From Erysipelotrichaceae bacterium (GTDB taxonomy: Bacteria; Bacillota_I; Bacilli_A; Erysipelotrichales; Erysipelotrichaceae): a stretch of DNA of 32,000 nucleotides. Both the position numbers and the translations under genes were made by a program. Where the stretch lies: NCBI GenBank assembly GCA_963663995.1, contig OY760660.1:630001-662000 (forward strand), written 5' to 3'. This document shows, piece by piece, positions 19,801 through 28,900 of this stretch; position 1 is the first letter of the stretch; every line of letters begins with the position of its first letter. The notes under the pieces were generated by a model that ran no database searches, had not been told where the DNA came from, and saw nothing but the letters and a program-made list of their open reading frames with translations.

Positions 19801-20139
19801 TTCAATAATCTTTAAACAAAAAGCATGAATTGTTGTGATATAGGCAGAAGGTAATAAAGATAATTGTCTTGTTAAATGTGCTTTAAGTTCACCTTCTTCC
19901 AACTGTGATAGTCTCGTATTTAAATTTTCAGCTAAGCGTTTACGCATTTCACTAGCCGCAAGCTCAGTAAACGTAATCGCCACCACTTCATCCAGTGATA
20001 TACGATCGATTTCTAAGCGTTTCATTAAACGTCCAATTAAAACAGCTGTTTTACCTGCACCAGCCGATGCACTCACTAAAACATTGGTATTTAGAGCTTG
20101 TATTGCGGCCGCTTGTTTTGGACTCCAGGTAAAACTCAT
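16852..20139 (-). CDS. addA: ATP-dependent helicase/nuclease subunit A (AddA/RexA)
   Basis: 1095 aa, UvrD-like SF1. Walker A is ASAGAGKTAVL, with the MVDEFQDTN and YRS motifs. The C-terminal RecB-type nuclease motif is GYMDCI...CIDYKTD. It overlaps addB by 4 nt. Confidence 0.9.
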   Translation of the reverse strand: MSFTWSPKQAAAIQALNTNVLVSASAGAGKTAVLIGRLMKRLEIDRISLDEVVAITFTELAASEMRKRLAENLNTRLSQLEEGELKAHLTRQLSLLPSAYITTIHAFCLKIIENYSYVSGIDPNQVKNVLDEPSKKRLWDKAFSLAYKQMILSDESGMKELAWHFDLGLSSNFNLKEAVEKLKNKLNTLEDQDAWIKMSLDCGDITSYADLNGQHKTYFDLMYKWYIDNFIYRQKAILKTVHNQDYIDFIESGKRAKGDSANRLKFLAQEECRQSFIHELEHLTIDFNYEKYQKCIAKMAIVCEFKGPPQTSNYEVIGHQWDAYKKAYNRLTELNFEESDWFSDMSLLKSRLKTLIDLTQLSMEFYKTLKSEALAIDFDDMEHLAIEILKNEQFKINYVFKEKIKEIMVDEFQDTNEVQNQIVELISSGSNVFRVGDVKQSIYRFRNAQPQLMQGLMRNSDDNNQVLFLDENYRSKESIVVFNNEIFKQLMDFPNLGSFFHASDTVKIGTDKQAGGEAIEIHFLAKQEDSEESFDDSDEVIDTEDSSASKQVDPNAKLHVIHMVNTIEKMREETSFNNYRDYVVLVRSNAEKEYLQDLFEKANIPHHISAKTGFFNAPAVQDVLLMIKAILNPYDDLNFVGLCLSQFIELSDRDLAQMALVKGNRFYVQVLKELYPEKYQELMFFINQVRSSDLLTVIKSIFAYNQYYDDFCDLQARANLDLLFEKALLYRDQAMSLSEFVSQITSVEDTESTEAIPFTTEDDVVRVMTIHQSKGLEFPVVLYWSRLSASVKDNDAALLADSELGFMLKTIQFPKLGTRKNPVRLALEMKTRRDDILEQVRLIYVALTRAVDKLIIIDQTPKFNIPLEDSVILDGWGSTYLIQAAVHASLGKVKVEYVHEIIDQSYVFNQKKIKEKKNFEYSVKERSSIEFKTPSSTHPQMSEVHLNFNQNKGTVHGTEIHKLFEDLPLTDWTKPLLLEYKADLSESDQEAFMTYYQSDIYQAMLKGEIKHEYAFHALLDNIVMHGYMDCIAVCEKSVYCIDYKTDGIDEELTFIELYHEQIENYMTVLQRQYPDKKVKGYLYSLHLKKFIEIKG

Positions 20140-22718
20140 ACAAGCTCCTTCCTAATTTTAGAATCTTTTTTAGATATTCGTTTTAGTTTTATCTCATCCC
20201 CACTAAATTGACAGAAATGTTGATAATCACAATACTGACAGGAATGATCTATATTTTGTTTATGGATATCACCACGAGAAAGATCTTCATATAGTTTGGT
20301 ATAGATTTCTTTAAGCTGTTCTATGACTTTGTGCTCATCAAAAGCATCTAATGTATAAACCACTTCTTGTTTTATTTTGAGTTGATTAATGTGTAAAGCA
20401 TCATCATCAAATGCACTTTCAGCATTAAAGATGATTCCTTTTAATTGACGTTTATTTTGACGTTCAGTTTCTTCATTAAATCCTTCTTTGGTGTTCAAAT
20501 CAATACGAACTGGTTTTTGACTAAAGTATCCGGCAAAGACCGCCTTTTTATCTTCTTTTAAATAAGCCCATAAATAAGTCGCTAGTTGAAGTTGTAAACC
20601 AGCCATGAAATGTTTCTCACTAAAACTTTTAGCCGATGATTTATAATCAATTACACTAAACATGTTTCCACTTTCATCAATGCGATCAATCTTTCCTTTT
20701 AGATGTAAAGTCTGATCATTATTTAATATAAAATCATCTTTAAATTCATGTTCTAAATGAGTAGGTGAAAAACCTTTGTGTTTTTCCCAATCTGCTAAAA
20801 ACTCTAAAGATAACTTCAGTGTTTCAACAAGTTTAAATTCAATTAGTTTTAATTCTTCTTTTAAATATGGATATAAGCCTTTTGCAGCTTCAATGTAAGG
20901 TTTAATTTGATCACTGAGTTCAGCATCCCCCATCAGTGCATAGTCTTTACCTTTTTCTTTAATCGCATGCTCAAGTAAAGCATGACTAATATTTCCTAAT
21001 AAAGCTGAATCAAGTTCATAACTTGGTTTTTCATATAAAGATAAACCTCTTTGTAGGAAATATTTATAAGGACAATGAGTATAAGTTTCAAAAGAAGTGA
21101 TACTTCCCCTTAAACCATTCTTCATCAACAATGATTGACTTAAATCTCCATCAAGTTGTCTTTTACTCTCTTCATAATCGGTTTCATTTTCAACAAGTAT
21201 CCATGATTCTTTTTTGACATCTTTTAAAGTTTTTTCAAGTTCAAAAGGCATCTTTTGTGCTTTTCCATCATAAGAGCCAATGGAATAAGAATAGATGATT
21301 TCATCGGCAATATTTTGACTATGTTCAAGTGTACTCATGTGATAGTCATATCTTTTACTTAAATCATAGGCTTTAATTTTCTTTGAGTAATCTAAATCAA
21401 ATAAACCACTTGGATTATCAATTTGTGGATAGTTTTTCTGTGTACAACCTAGCCATATTTGACGTTTTAGTCCAGGTATTAAAGCATGCTTTAAATCAGT
21501 AAGAATTAAACCAGACTTCGATTTTTCTTTTAAACTGAGTTTATCTAAAGCATAAAGTAATAAATCAAACTTACTTTCACTTTGATCAATATTTTCTAAA
21601 TGTGATTCTTCAATGAATTCTTTAATAACATACATTGAAGCAACTTGTTCATCATTTTCAGGATTGATGAGTTTTGTGTAAACTTCAAAACACTGTGAAA
21701 CAAAATCAATGATTTCATGACTCTCATGTGTTAAATCACTTATCATCCATCTCAGTTCACTTAAAGCTTCTTCTGCGTGTTCTTCTAATACTTCGAAGTC
21801 AGTTTGTCTGACTAATGTCTTTAATAAATCATTACTAAAAGCTGAAGGAATATGGTGTAAACTCTCTTTTAAATCATCCAATGATGGTTTAAAAACTTCA
21901 CAGTATTTAATCAGTTCTAATTTATATTTAGTAAGTAAACAATCATTATGAAGAATTTGAATAAAGTTCTCTAAACTAGGACAACCTTTAAACTCAACAA
22001 TACATTTAAATAATCGAAGTGCTGGGTGTTTAAGTCCACCCCCTACTTTTTGATACTCAACCCCATATTGATTTAAAAAGACTTCAGCTTGATCCATCAT
22101 TGCTGTATCTAAACAAACAAGTGATTGATCAGCATAATCTAAATTGTCACTAACAATATATTGAATGGCTGCTTGTATTTCAGAGCGAGGATTAGAAGCA
22201 TATCTTAATCCTCTTTTAAGATCTTTCTCTTCTATTTTTATTTGTTTTAATCCATTAGATTTATTCAATCTTTCTTGAATAGGATAATCATAAAAATGTT
22301 CCAGCACTTCAATTTTGGACAAATCAGATTTCTCAAACTCTATCCATTGTCTAAACTGTGCTTTAAAGATGGGTAATACTGTATCAATGACTAAAAATAA
22401 ATCTTTCTCTTTATCACTCTCACAAGGCAAATCCCCTTGATTCCATCCTTCATCCGCCATCAGCTGAATAAATGAAACAACTTGATCAACCGTAATCGGA
22501 AACTTTAGTACATCTTTTAGTACTCGAATACGATTATCACGACTCAATTGTTCTAAAGCAAAAGCACATTTATACCAATTCTCTTCTCGACGATTTTCAC
22601 TTAATGTATTTAGATACACTGAAAGTGATACAAAGTCTGTATCACCGATAATGGATTGATGCTTGAGACAATCAAGAACATATTTTTGTTTAGATTGAGT
22701 TGGGAGTATGGTTTTCAT
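20136..22718 (-). CDS. addB: ATP-dependent helicase/nuclease subunit B (AddB/RexB), Walker-A-less type
   Basis: 860 aa. It has the Fe-S staple cysteines (HCPYKYF ... CQYCDYQHFC) and the nuclease motif VIDYKSS. No GK[ST] motif occurs anywhere in the protein. Confidence 0.85.
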   Translation of the reverse strand: MKTILPTQSKQKYVLDCLKHQSIIGDTDFVSLSVYLNTLSENRREENWYKCAFALEQLSRDNRIRVLKDVLKFPITVDQVVSFIQLMADEGWNQGDLPCESDKEKDLFLVIDTVLPIFKAQFRQWIEFEKSDLSKIEVLEHFYDYPIQERLNKSNGLKQIKIEEKDLKRGLRYASNPRSEIQAAIQYIVSDNLDYADQSLVCLDTAMMDQAEVFLNQYGVEYQKVGGGLKHPALRLFKCIVEFKGCPSLENFIQILHNDCLLTKYKLELIKYCEVFKPSLDDLKESLHHIPSAFSNDLLKTLVRQTDFEVLEEHAEEALSELRWMISDLTHESHEIIDFVSQCFEVYTKLINPENDEQVASMYVIKEFIEESHLENIDQSESKFDLLLYALDKLSLKEKSKSGLILTDLKHALIPGLKRQIWLGCTQKNYPQIDNPSGLFDLDYSKKIKAYDLSKRYDYHMSTLEHSQNIADEIIYSYSIGSYDGKAQKMPFELEKTLKDVKKESWILVENETDYEESKRQLDGDLSQSLLMKNGLRGSITSFETYTHCPYKYFLQRGLSLYEKPSYELDSALLGNISHALLEHAIKEKGKDYALMGDAELSDQIKPYIEAAKGLYPYLKEELKLIEFKLVETLKLSLEFLADWEKHKGFSPTHLEHEFKDDFILNNDQTLHLKGKIDRIDESGNMFSVIDYKSSAKSFSEKHFMAGLQLQLATYLWAYLKEDKKAVFAGYFSQKPVRIDLNTKEGFNEETERQNKRQLKGIIFNAESAFDDDALHINQLKIKQEVVYTLDAFDEHKVIEQLKEIYTKLYEDLSRGDIHKQNIDHSCQYCDYQHFCQFSGDEIKLKRISKKDSKIRKELV

Positions 22719-22741
22719 AAAAATTAAAATTTTAAATATTG

Positions 22742-23536
22742 TTATTCGAGCTTTTCACCACAATAAGGACAATATTTTTTTTGTTTATTTTCAATATCAT
22801 GAACTTTTATTGATTCAACAAACCCTGCAGAAATTATACCAGTTGGAACAGCTACTAATCCAATTCCTAATATAGAAATTATTCCTGCCATAAATTTGCC
22901 ACCAATTGTAATAGGATATATATCTCCATATCCAACAGTGGTAAAAGTCGCGACGGCCCACCATAATCCCGATAATGCGTTATTGAAACTTTCAGGTTGC
23001 GATGAATTTTCAAGATTATACATTATTACAGATGAGATTATCATAAGTAACATAACAACAAAAAATGATGATAATAATTCAAATTTTTTCTTTTTAAAAA
23101 CATCAATAATATTCATCATTGAATCTGAATATCTATTAAATTTTAATATCCTTAATAGTCGTACTAATCTTAAAGTTCTTAATGCTCTTAAGTCTATTGT
23201 AATTATTAAAGGTATGTAGAAAGGTAATATAGCTAATAAATCTACAATTGCCATAAAACTAAAAATGTATTTTAATCTTGCCTTTATTGGTGTTAATTGG
23301 TTGAATTGAAACGTTGAAGTCCAAACTCTCAACAAGTATTCTATTGTAAAAACTACAATCGAAAAAAACTCGATTTTGCTTGATATTATTTCATAAAAAC
23401 TAGATAAATTAAATGTATCTAATATGACTAAACAAATATTTATTATTATTAAACCAATTATTGTCCAATCAAATAAATTGCTATAAACACCATTTTCGTC
23501 ATCTTCTCGAATTAAATTGTAAATTTTTTCTTTCAT
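22742..23536 (-). CDS. Voltage-sensor-containing 6-TM potassium channel (Kv/KvAP-like)
   Basis: 264 aa. The S4 is RALRTLRLVRLLRILK (basic residue every third position) and the selectivity filter is TTVGYGD. It has a short C-terminal tail ending in CPYCGEKLE. Confidence 0.88.
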   Translation of the reverse strand: MKEKIYNLIREDDENGVYSNLFDWTIIGLIIINICLVILDTFNLSSFYEIISSKIEFFSIVVFTIEYLLRVWTSTFQFNQLTPIKARLKYIFSFMAIVDLLAILPFYIPLIITIDLRALRTLRLVRLLRILKFNRYSDSMMNIIDVFKKKKFELLSSFFVVMLLMIISSVIMYNLENSSQPESFNNALSGLWWAVATFTTVGYGDIYPITIGGKFMAGIISILGIGLVAVPTGIISAGFVESIKVHDIENKQKKYCPYCGEKLE

Positions 23537-23545
23537 CGGTCCCTA

Positions 23546-25420
23546 TTATCCAATTTTCTCCATTCTTTGTAATCTTAAGAATTTTGAAATATCTTTATCA
23601 ACACAATATACAAAACAGCCTTTCATTCCTCGTGTCATTAATGTTCTATATGTGTTCTTTATAATCTCATCAGCTATTTTGTATGCTTCATCGGGATTGT
23701 TTTTTGCTAAACCTTTAATTCCAAATAACGATTTATCAGTAGATGCTCTTTTTTCAAAATTAGTAACAATCTTTCCGTCTCGATAAACCATATCTTCACC
23801 AATAATTACACCAACATATTCAAACTCCAAACCTTGAGTTGTATGTATACAACCAATTTCTGAAACTGAAGAATCAGAAATAGCATATATTTCGCTGTTA
23901 AGATTCCATTTCATTTTGAAATTATCTTTCTCTATCTTAATATCAAAATCATTAGGATTTTTTCTTGATATCCAATCCCAACAGTATCCTGCAACCATAC
24001 GGGATTTATTATTTGTATTTAGTTTCTCAATTTCTTCTCTCATTTTTGAAACATCATCAAATATTCTAAAATCATAATCAAAATCAAAGTTATAGTTTGC
24101 TGTTTCTCTAATTTGAAGAACATTATCTATCCAATTAAGATAACCATCTGAACCATTACATCTGAATTGTGAGGCCAATTCATTTTCAAAGACTTCTGCA
24201 TTGAGATATTTTGACCATTTTTTAATTTCTTCTGAACTACCAATATCACTTATATGTATTTTTTGTTGGTGATCTATAAAGAAAATCGAAAACAAACTTG
24301 CATTGATGATTTCTTTAATTTGGTTCTCCCCTAAATTTGCAAATAAACCAGATTTTTCGTTTAAACGATGTGCTTCATCTACTATTAAAGCATTATAAAA
24401 GTTTGTAGAACTTTCAGTAAAACTACCTGAACCTGTGAAAAGATAACTAATGTCTTTAGACTTTCTACCATGTTTTTTTAAATAGTATTGATAAACCTGT
24501 CTTGGTGCTGAATTTTTTGTTACATAGCGTGTATGAAGTTCATCTTTGATAGTTAAGTTAGCTAGTAAATTAATAGCTACAACAGACTTTCCAGTTCCAG
24601 GACCACCTTCTACTATCATGACTCTTTTTTTATGATCTTTGTTACATTTTCGAGCTAAAGCTAAAGCTTGTTCATAAACAACTTTCTGTTCATCGACCAT
24701 AATAAATTCTTCATTACCATCAATCATGGATGCTAGTGAATCTTGAAGAGATTTTGATGGTTTTATCTTACCTGTTTCTATTAATTTTATTGTTTCATGA
24801 TTATCAGGAGATTTAATGATTGAATCTATATAGTGGCTTAATCTAAGGACATCACGTTTAGTAAATATGGGTGCCTTTTTTATATAGTCATCATAAACTG
24901 GATGAAATACTCCATCGTTATCAACTTTTTCATAATTGTGCATAAATACGCATGAACTTAAATCAATAGGAATTTGATAAATGTTCTCATTAAAATCAGT
25001 TAATAAACTTTGATAAGTCCATGATTGATAAGAAGGATGAGTTACGATTCTATCATTTCCACCAACAAACGTTTTCACTAGTCCATCTGAAGAAGGTAAT
25101 GCTTGTACATTAGACCATTGTTTAAGTTCAATAATGATGGCTTTGTTTTCATTATTTTCACCAAAACCACTAATTATAAAATCAATTCTTTTAGAAGTAT
25201 TTGGTATTGTATATTCAATAGATATTGATGTGTTATCATCCAATTTTGTTTCTGATAACATCATACGCATAAAAGCAAAAGAGTTTTGAAATGCACTCTT
25301 TTGCGATTGGTTTACACCAGATCTTAATTTTTCTACTAGCAGTTTTTCGACGATATCTGCTATCTCACCACCCAATACAGAATCCATAAAGTTAGATTTT
25401 GTATCTGTATATATAATCAT
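23546..25420 (-). CDS. DUF2075-family protein (Nhi-like): N-terminal PD-(D/E)xK-type nuclease motif plus SF1-like P-loop ATPase
   Basis: 624 aa with RIDFIISG...AIIIELKQW (D...E-x-K), Walker A GGPGTGKS and Walker B IVDEAH. The C-terminal block is IHTTQGLEFEYVGVIIG. Confidence 0.75.
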   Translation of the reverse strand: MIIYTDTKSNFMDSVLGGEIADIVEKLLVEKLRSGVNQSQKSAFQNSFAFMRMMLSETKLDDNTSISIEYTIPNTSKRIDFIISGFGENNENKAIIIELKQWSNVQALPSSDGLVKTFVGGNDRIVTHPSYQSWTYQSLLTDFNENIYQIPIDLSSCVFMHNYEKVDNDGVFHPVYDDYIKKAPIFTKRDVLRLSHYIDSIIKSPDNHETIKLIETGKIKPSKSLQDSLASMIDGNEEFIMVDEQKVVYEQALALARKCNKDHKKRVMIVEGGPGTGKSVVAINLLANLTIKDELHTRYVTKNSAPRQVYQYYLKKHGRKSKDISYLFTGSGSFTESSTNFYNALIVDEAHRLNEKSGLFANLGENQIKEIINASLFSIFFIDHQQKIHISDIGSSEEIKKWSKYLNAEVFENELASQFRCNGSDGYLNWIDNVLQIRETANYNFDFDYDFRIFDDVSKMREEIEKLNTNNKSRMVAGYCWDWISRKNPNDFDIKIEKDNFKMKWNLNSEIYAISDSSVSEIGCIHTTQGLEFEYVGVIIGEDMVYRDGKIVTNFEKRASTDKSLFGIKGLAKNNPDEAYKIADEIIKNTYRTLMTRGMKGCFVYCVDKDISKFLRLQRMEKIG

Positions 25421-25429
25421 AGTACCCCC

Positions 25430-25744
25430 CTACAATTTATTATATTTTTTACTACTTCCCTTAGATTTATCGATTGGATATTTAATATTATTTTTTTCCA
25501 ATTTATTTAAAACTATTGCTTCTAAATCAACATTAAGTTTATCTGATAACAAAATACAATAATTGACAATATCTGCAAGTTCATCAATAACTTCATCTTT
25601 ATTAAAATCAGAGCCCCATTGAAAACACTCCAATAATTCTGCTGATTCAATCGAAATAGATTTAGCTAAATTTTCTGGAGTGTGAAATTGATCCCAATCT
25701 CTATCTTTTGTAAATTGTACAATTTTATCTTTTGCTAATTTCAT
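25430..25744 (-). CDS. MazG-like nucleotide pyrophosphohydrolase (DCTPP1-like all-alpha NTP-PPase)
   Basis: 104 aa with RDWDQFHTPENLAKSISIESAELLECFQW (E-x-x-E-x-x-E), DELADIVNY (E-x-x-D) and ..NNIKYP. Confidence 0.8.
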   Translation of the reverse strand: MKLAKDKIVQFTKDRDWDQFHTPENLAKSISIESAELLECFQWGSDFNKDEVIDELADIVNYCILLSDKLNVDLEAIVLNKLEKNNIKYPIDKSKGSSKKYNKL

Positions 25745-25750
25745 ATAAAA

Positions 25751-25759
25751 ATTATAGCA
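25751..25759 (-). promoter_or_regulatory. Extended -10 element (TGcTATAAT) only 6 nt upstream of the MazG-like ATG; candidate leaderless promoter
   Basis: The minus strand reads TGCTATAAT-TTTTAT-ATG. There is no SD between the hexamer and the start codon. Confidence 0.45.
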
Positions 25760-25858
25760 TTTTGTATTAGTAATCTTATATTACATGTCATTTATAGGAT
25801 TATTTAACAAATAATATTTACTAATTTAATTTAATTTAGCTATTAAGATTATCTAAAA

Positions 25859-25887
25859 GTGACAAAATTCTAGTTTAATACTATGAT
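25859..25887 (+). promoter_or_regulatory. Sigma-A-type promoter of the 1015-aa helicase gene
   Basis: GTGACA (25859-25864), a 17-nt spacer, then TATGAT (25882-25887). SD GGGGG lies 4 nt before ATG 25923. Confidence 0.5.
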
Positions 25888-25922
25888 GAAATAGTCAAAA
25901 CATCAGTGTTCATGGGGGTTAT

Positions 25923-28900
25923 ATGTACATCTGGTCTATAGAAGTATCTCGTTCAATACATGAGGGGAAATGGATTGCGATAAAATACAAAAATGAAAAT
26001 CAAGAGGAAACAAGTTTTTGGTGTGTAATAAAAGACATAAACCCAAAGAAAAAACTTCTGACTGTTGATGTATATAATTCTTCCAAGACTCCAAATTTTA
26101 ACAGAGATTTCCATATCTATTTTGATCGAATTACTCAAGCGAATGTCATCGAAGGATCTTTCAGTAAAATTCAATCAAAATTAATTGATAAAATAAATAG
26201 TAATATTGAAGATTATCTATTTTTAGAATATGCTCGATTTGAAGATAAACTACTTAATTACTATAACGAGTGTTACCTTCAAGACAACGATCCTAGTCAA
26301 ACCCAATATACTGTTGTTGAAGGTATAGATATTGAGAATTTTGATAATACTAATCAATTACAATTGACAGATGAACAATTCGAAGACTTTATAAAAACAT
26401 TAAATAATCAACTAAATATAAAACGAAAAAATAATTCTATATATGAAAAAGTCATTTTTAATTATTTATCTGTTTTTAATAAAACCAAAGGAATAATACC
26501 AATTTGTTATTACGATATATTAATAGATATCGAGCATAAAAGAATGGTTAAATCAGATACTTTGGAATTTAGTCCCAAAACAATTGTTTTTGGCAAAACA
26601 AACACCGTTTATTTGAATAACTACATGGAAGTTGATTATGATTTTTTCAAAGAAAATTTTTTGAATTACGAAACTGAATTTACTAATGCAATACAGGAAA
26701 ATCTATCATATAGTGAAAGACTTGACCAACGTCCATATTTCATGAAAATGGTATTGCGCTATAACATTTCTGTTAAAGCTGAAATTGATTATATTGCGCA
26801 TAATTTGGAATCTAATGATTTATCATTATCACTACAATCATTGTTTGGTAAAAAAATAGAAACCAAAAAAGGTCAAAAAAGATCTATTTTGGTGGATAGC
26901 AAACATATTAATGCAAATCAATTAAGAGCTGTATATAATGCAATTAATGAAAACTTATTATATGTTCAAGGACCGCCAGGAACTGGTAAAACTGTGTCTA
27001 TTACTAACATGGTGCATTCTAGTTTTTATAATGGAAATTCAACTTTAATCGCATCAAACAATAATGAAGCTATCGATAACATTTTTAAACGTATAGATAA
27101 ACTAAAAGTTGATGGTGTTCAAATACCTTATCCTTATTTAAGGTTAGGTAATGATCATTATCTTATTGAAGCAATTGCGAAAATCGAAAGAAGATATCAA
27201 TATTTCAAAGAAAGACCAACATCAGTTGTTGATAAGAATGAATTGTATACGCTACGTTTAAAAATCAAAGAAAATTTAGGAAATGTCAGCAAAATATTAA
27301 GTGAATATGAAGAGAAACTGGAATTAGAGGAAAATTTAAATACTCTATTAGAATTAAAGAAGCTTATCGACAAAGACGATCAAATTGATTTAGCTACTAA
27401 AATGGCAAACATCATTGATATTGATGCACAAATTCAAGATTATTCCCAAAAAATTAAGATAAAAAATGTAGATGAAAGTAGTATATCTAATTTTGTTTTT
27501 GATGAAGATGTTAATAAAAAATTTATTCAACTATTGTCGTTAACATATGGAGAAAGATTATTGTTAAGTAAAAATCGAACGCTAATAGATATCTTTAAAA
27601 TTGAATCTCAAAAAGAGAGATTAAAGGAATTTAAAAATTTCATCAAAACTGAAGATGGTTTTAGAATATTAATTGATTGTTTTCCAATAATTGGTTCTTC
27701 AAATATATCTACATTAAAAATCGGTACTGAAAATAGTCGTTTTGACTTATTAATAATGGAAGAAGCTTCTCAATGTAGTATTGTGCCATCTTTGATTCCA
27801 ATGAATCGTTCAAAAAGAGCCTGCTTTGTCGGTGATCCACAACAATTACAGCCTGTTGTGACAATATCTGAAGAAAAAAATAAACTATTAATGAAACTCT
27901 ACAACATCATGGATGTATATAGTTATAAAAATAATTCAATTATGAATGTTCTCTTAAGTGTTGATTCAAAATCTAAATTTATTTTTTTAAAAAAACACTA
28001 TCGATGTGCCAAAAAAATTATTGATTTTTCAAATAAAAAATATTATTCCAACCAACTTGAAATTGAAACTCAAGAAAAAGAATTAGAACCACTGAAATTA
28101 ATTAATATCCAAAATTCACATTCAGCTCTCAGAAACACTTCAATATCAGAAGCTAATGAAATTATTAATGAAATTAGAAGAACTCCTAAGGACATGCAAG
28201 TTGCAATCATTACGCCTTTTAAGAATCAACAACAATTGATACAACAAGTTTTAGATACCGAAAAAATCGAAAATATAAAAGTTAGTACAATACATGGTTT
28301 TCAAGGTCAAGAAAGTGACAAGATTATCTTTAGTCCTGCTATCACCTCTAATACAACTCAAGGCGCATTTGATTGGGCAAAAAATAATAAAGAATTAATA
28401 AATGTTACTTCAACGCGTCCAAGAGATCATATTTTAGTAATTGCTGATGTTGCAGAAGTTATGCGTTTATCAAATAGCGAAATGAATGATTTACAAGAAT
28501 TTTTACATTATATAAACAACAATGGTGATTATGATATTATTTCTGAAGACTATATTGGAAATGAAACTAAAGTAATAGGCTACAAAACATTCAATACTGA
28601 GTCTGAATCAGAGTTTATTAGAACGATCGCTCAACTAAAATCTACAAACCAAAAGTTCAAATATATTCCTAAAACTCGTATAGGAGATATCTTAGAATTA
28701 ATGAATCTTAAAAATGAGGATTATGATTTATTCAAATATGCTATAAAATCACATTTTGATTTTGTCCTACTTGATTCTTATGGTAGACCCATGTTGGTTG
28801 TAGAAATTTGTGGTTATGAACATCTTACTGATGAAATTACTATGGCAAACGACTTAAAGAAAGTAAAAATTTGTGTTCAACACAATTTGAAAATATTACC

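Noticed and set aside
22896-23664. Two plus-strand ORFs (107 aa and 67 aa)
   Set aside because: They are antisense to the K+ channel and DUF2075 genes, in AT-rich sequence, with no SD.
25822-25836. (TAATT)x3 microrepeat in the divergent promoter region
   Set aside because: It is short and plausible by chance in an extremely AT-rich intergenic region. No partner repeat was seen.
25953-26174. 73-aa minus-strand ORF
   Set aside because: It is antisense to the 5' part of the helicase gene and has no signals.
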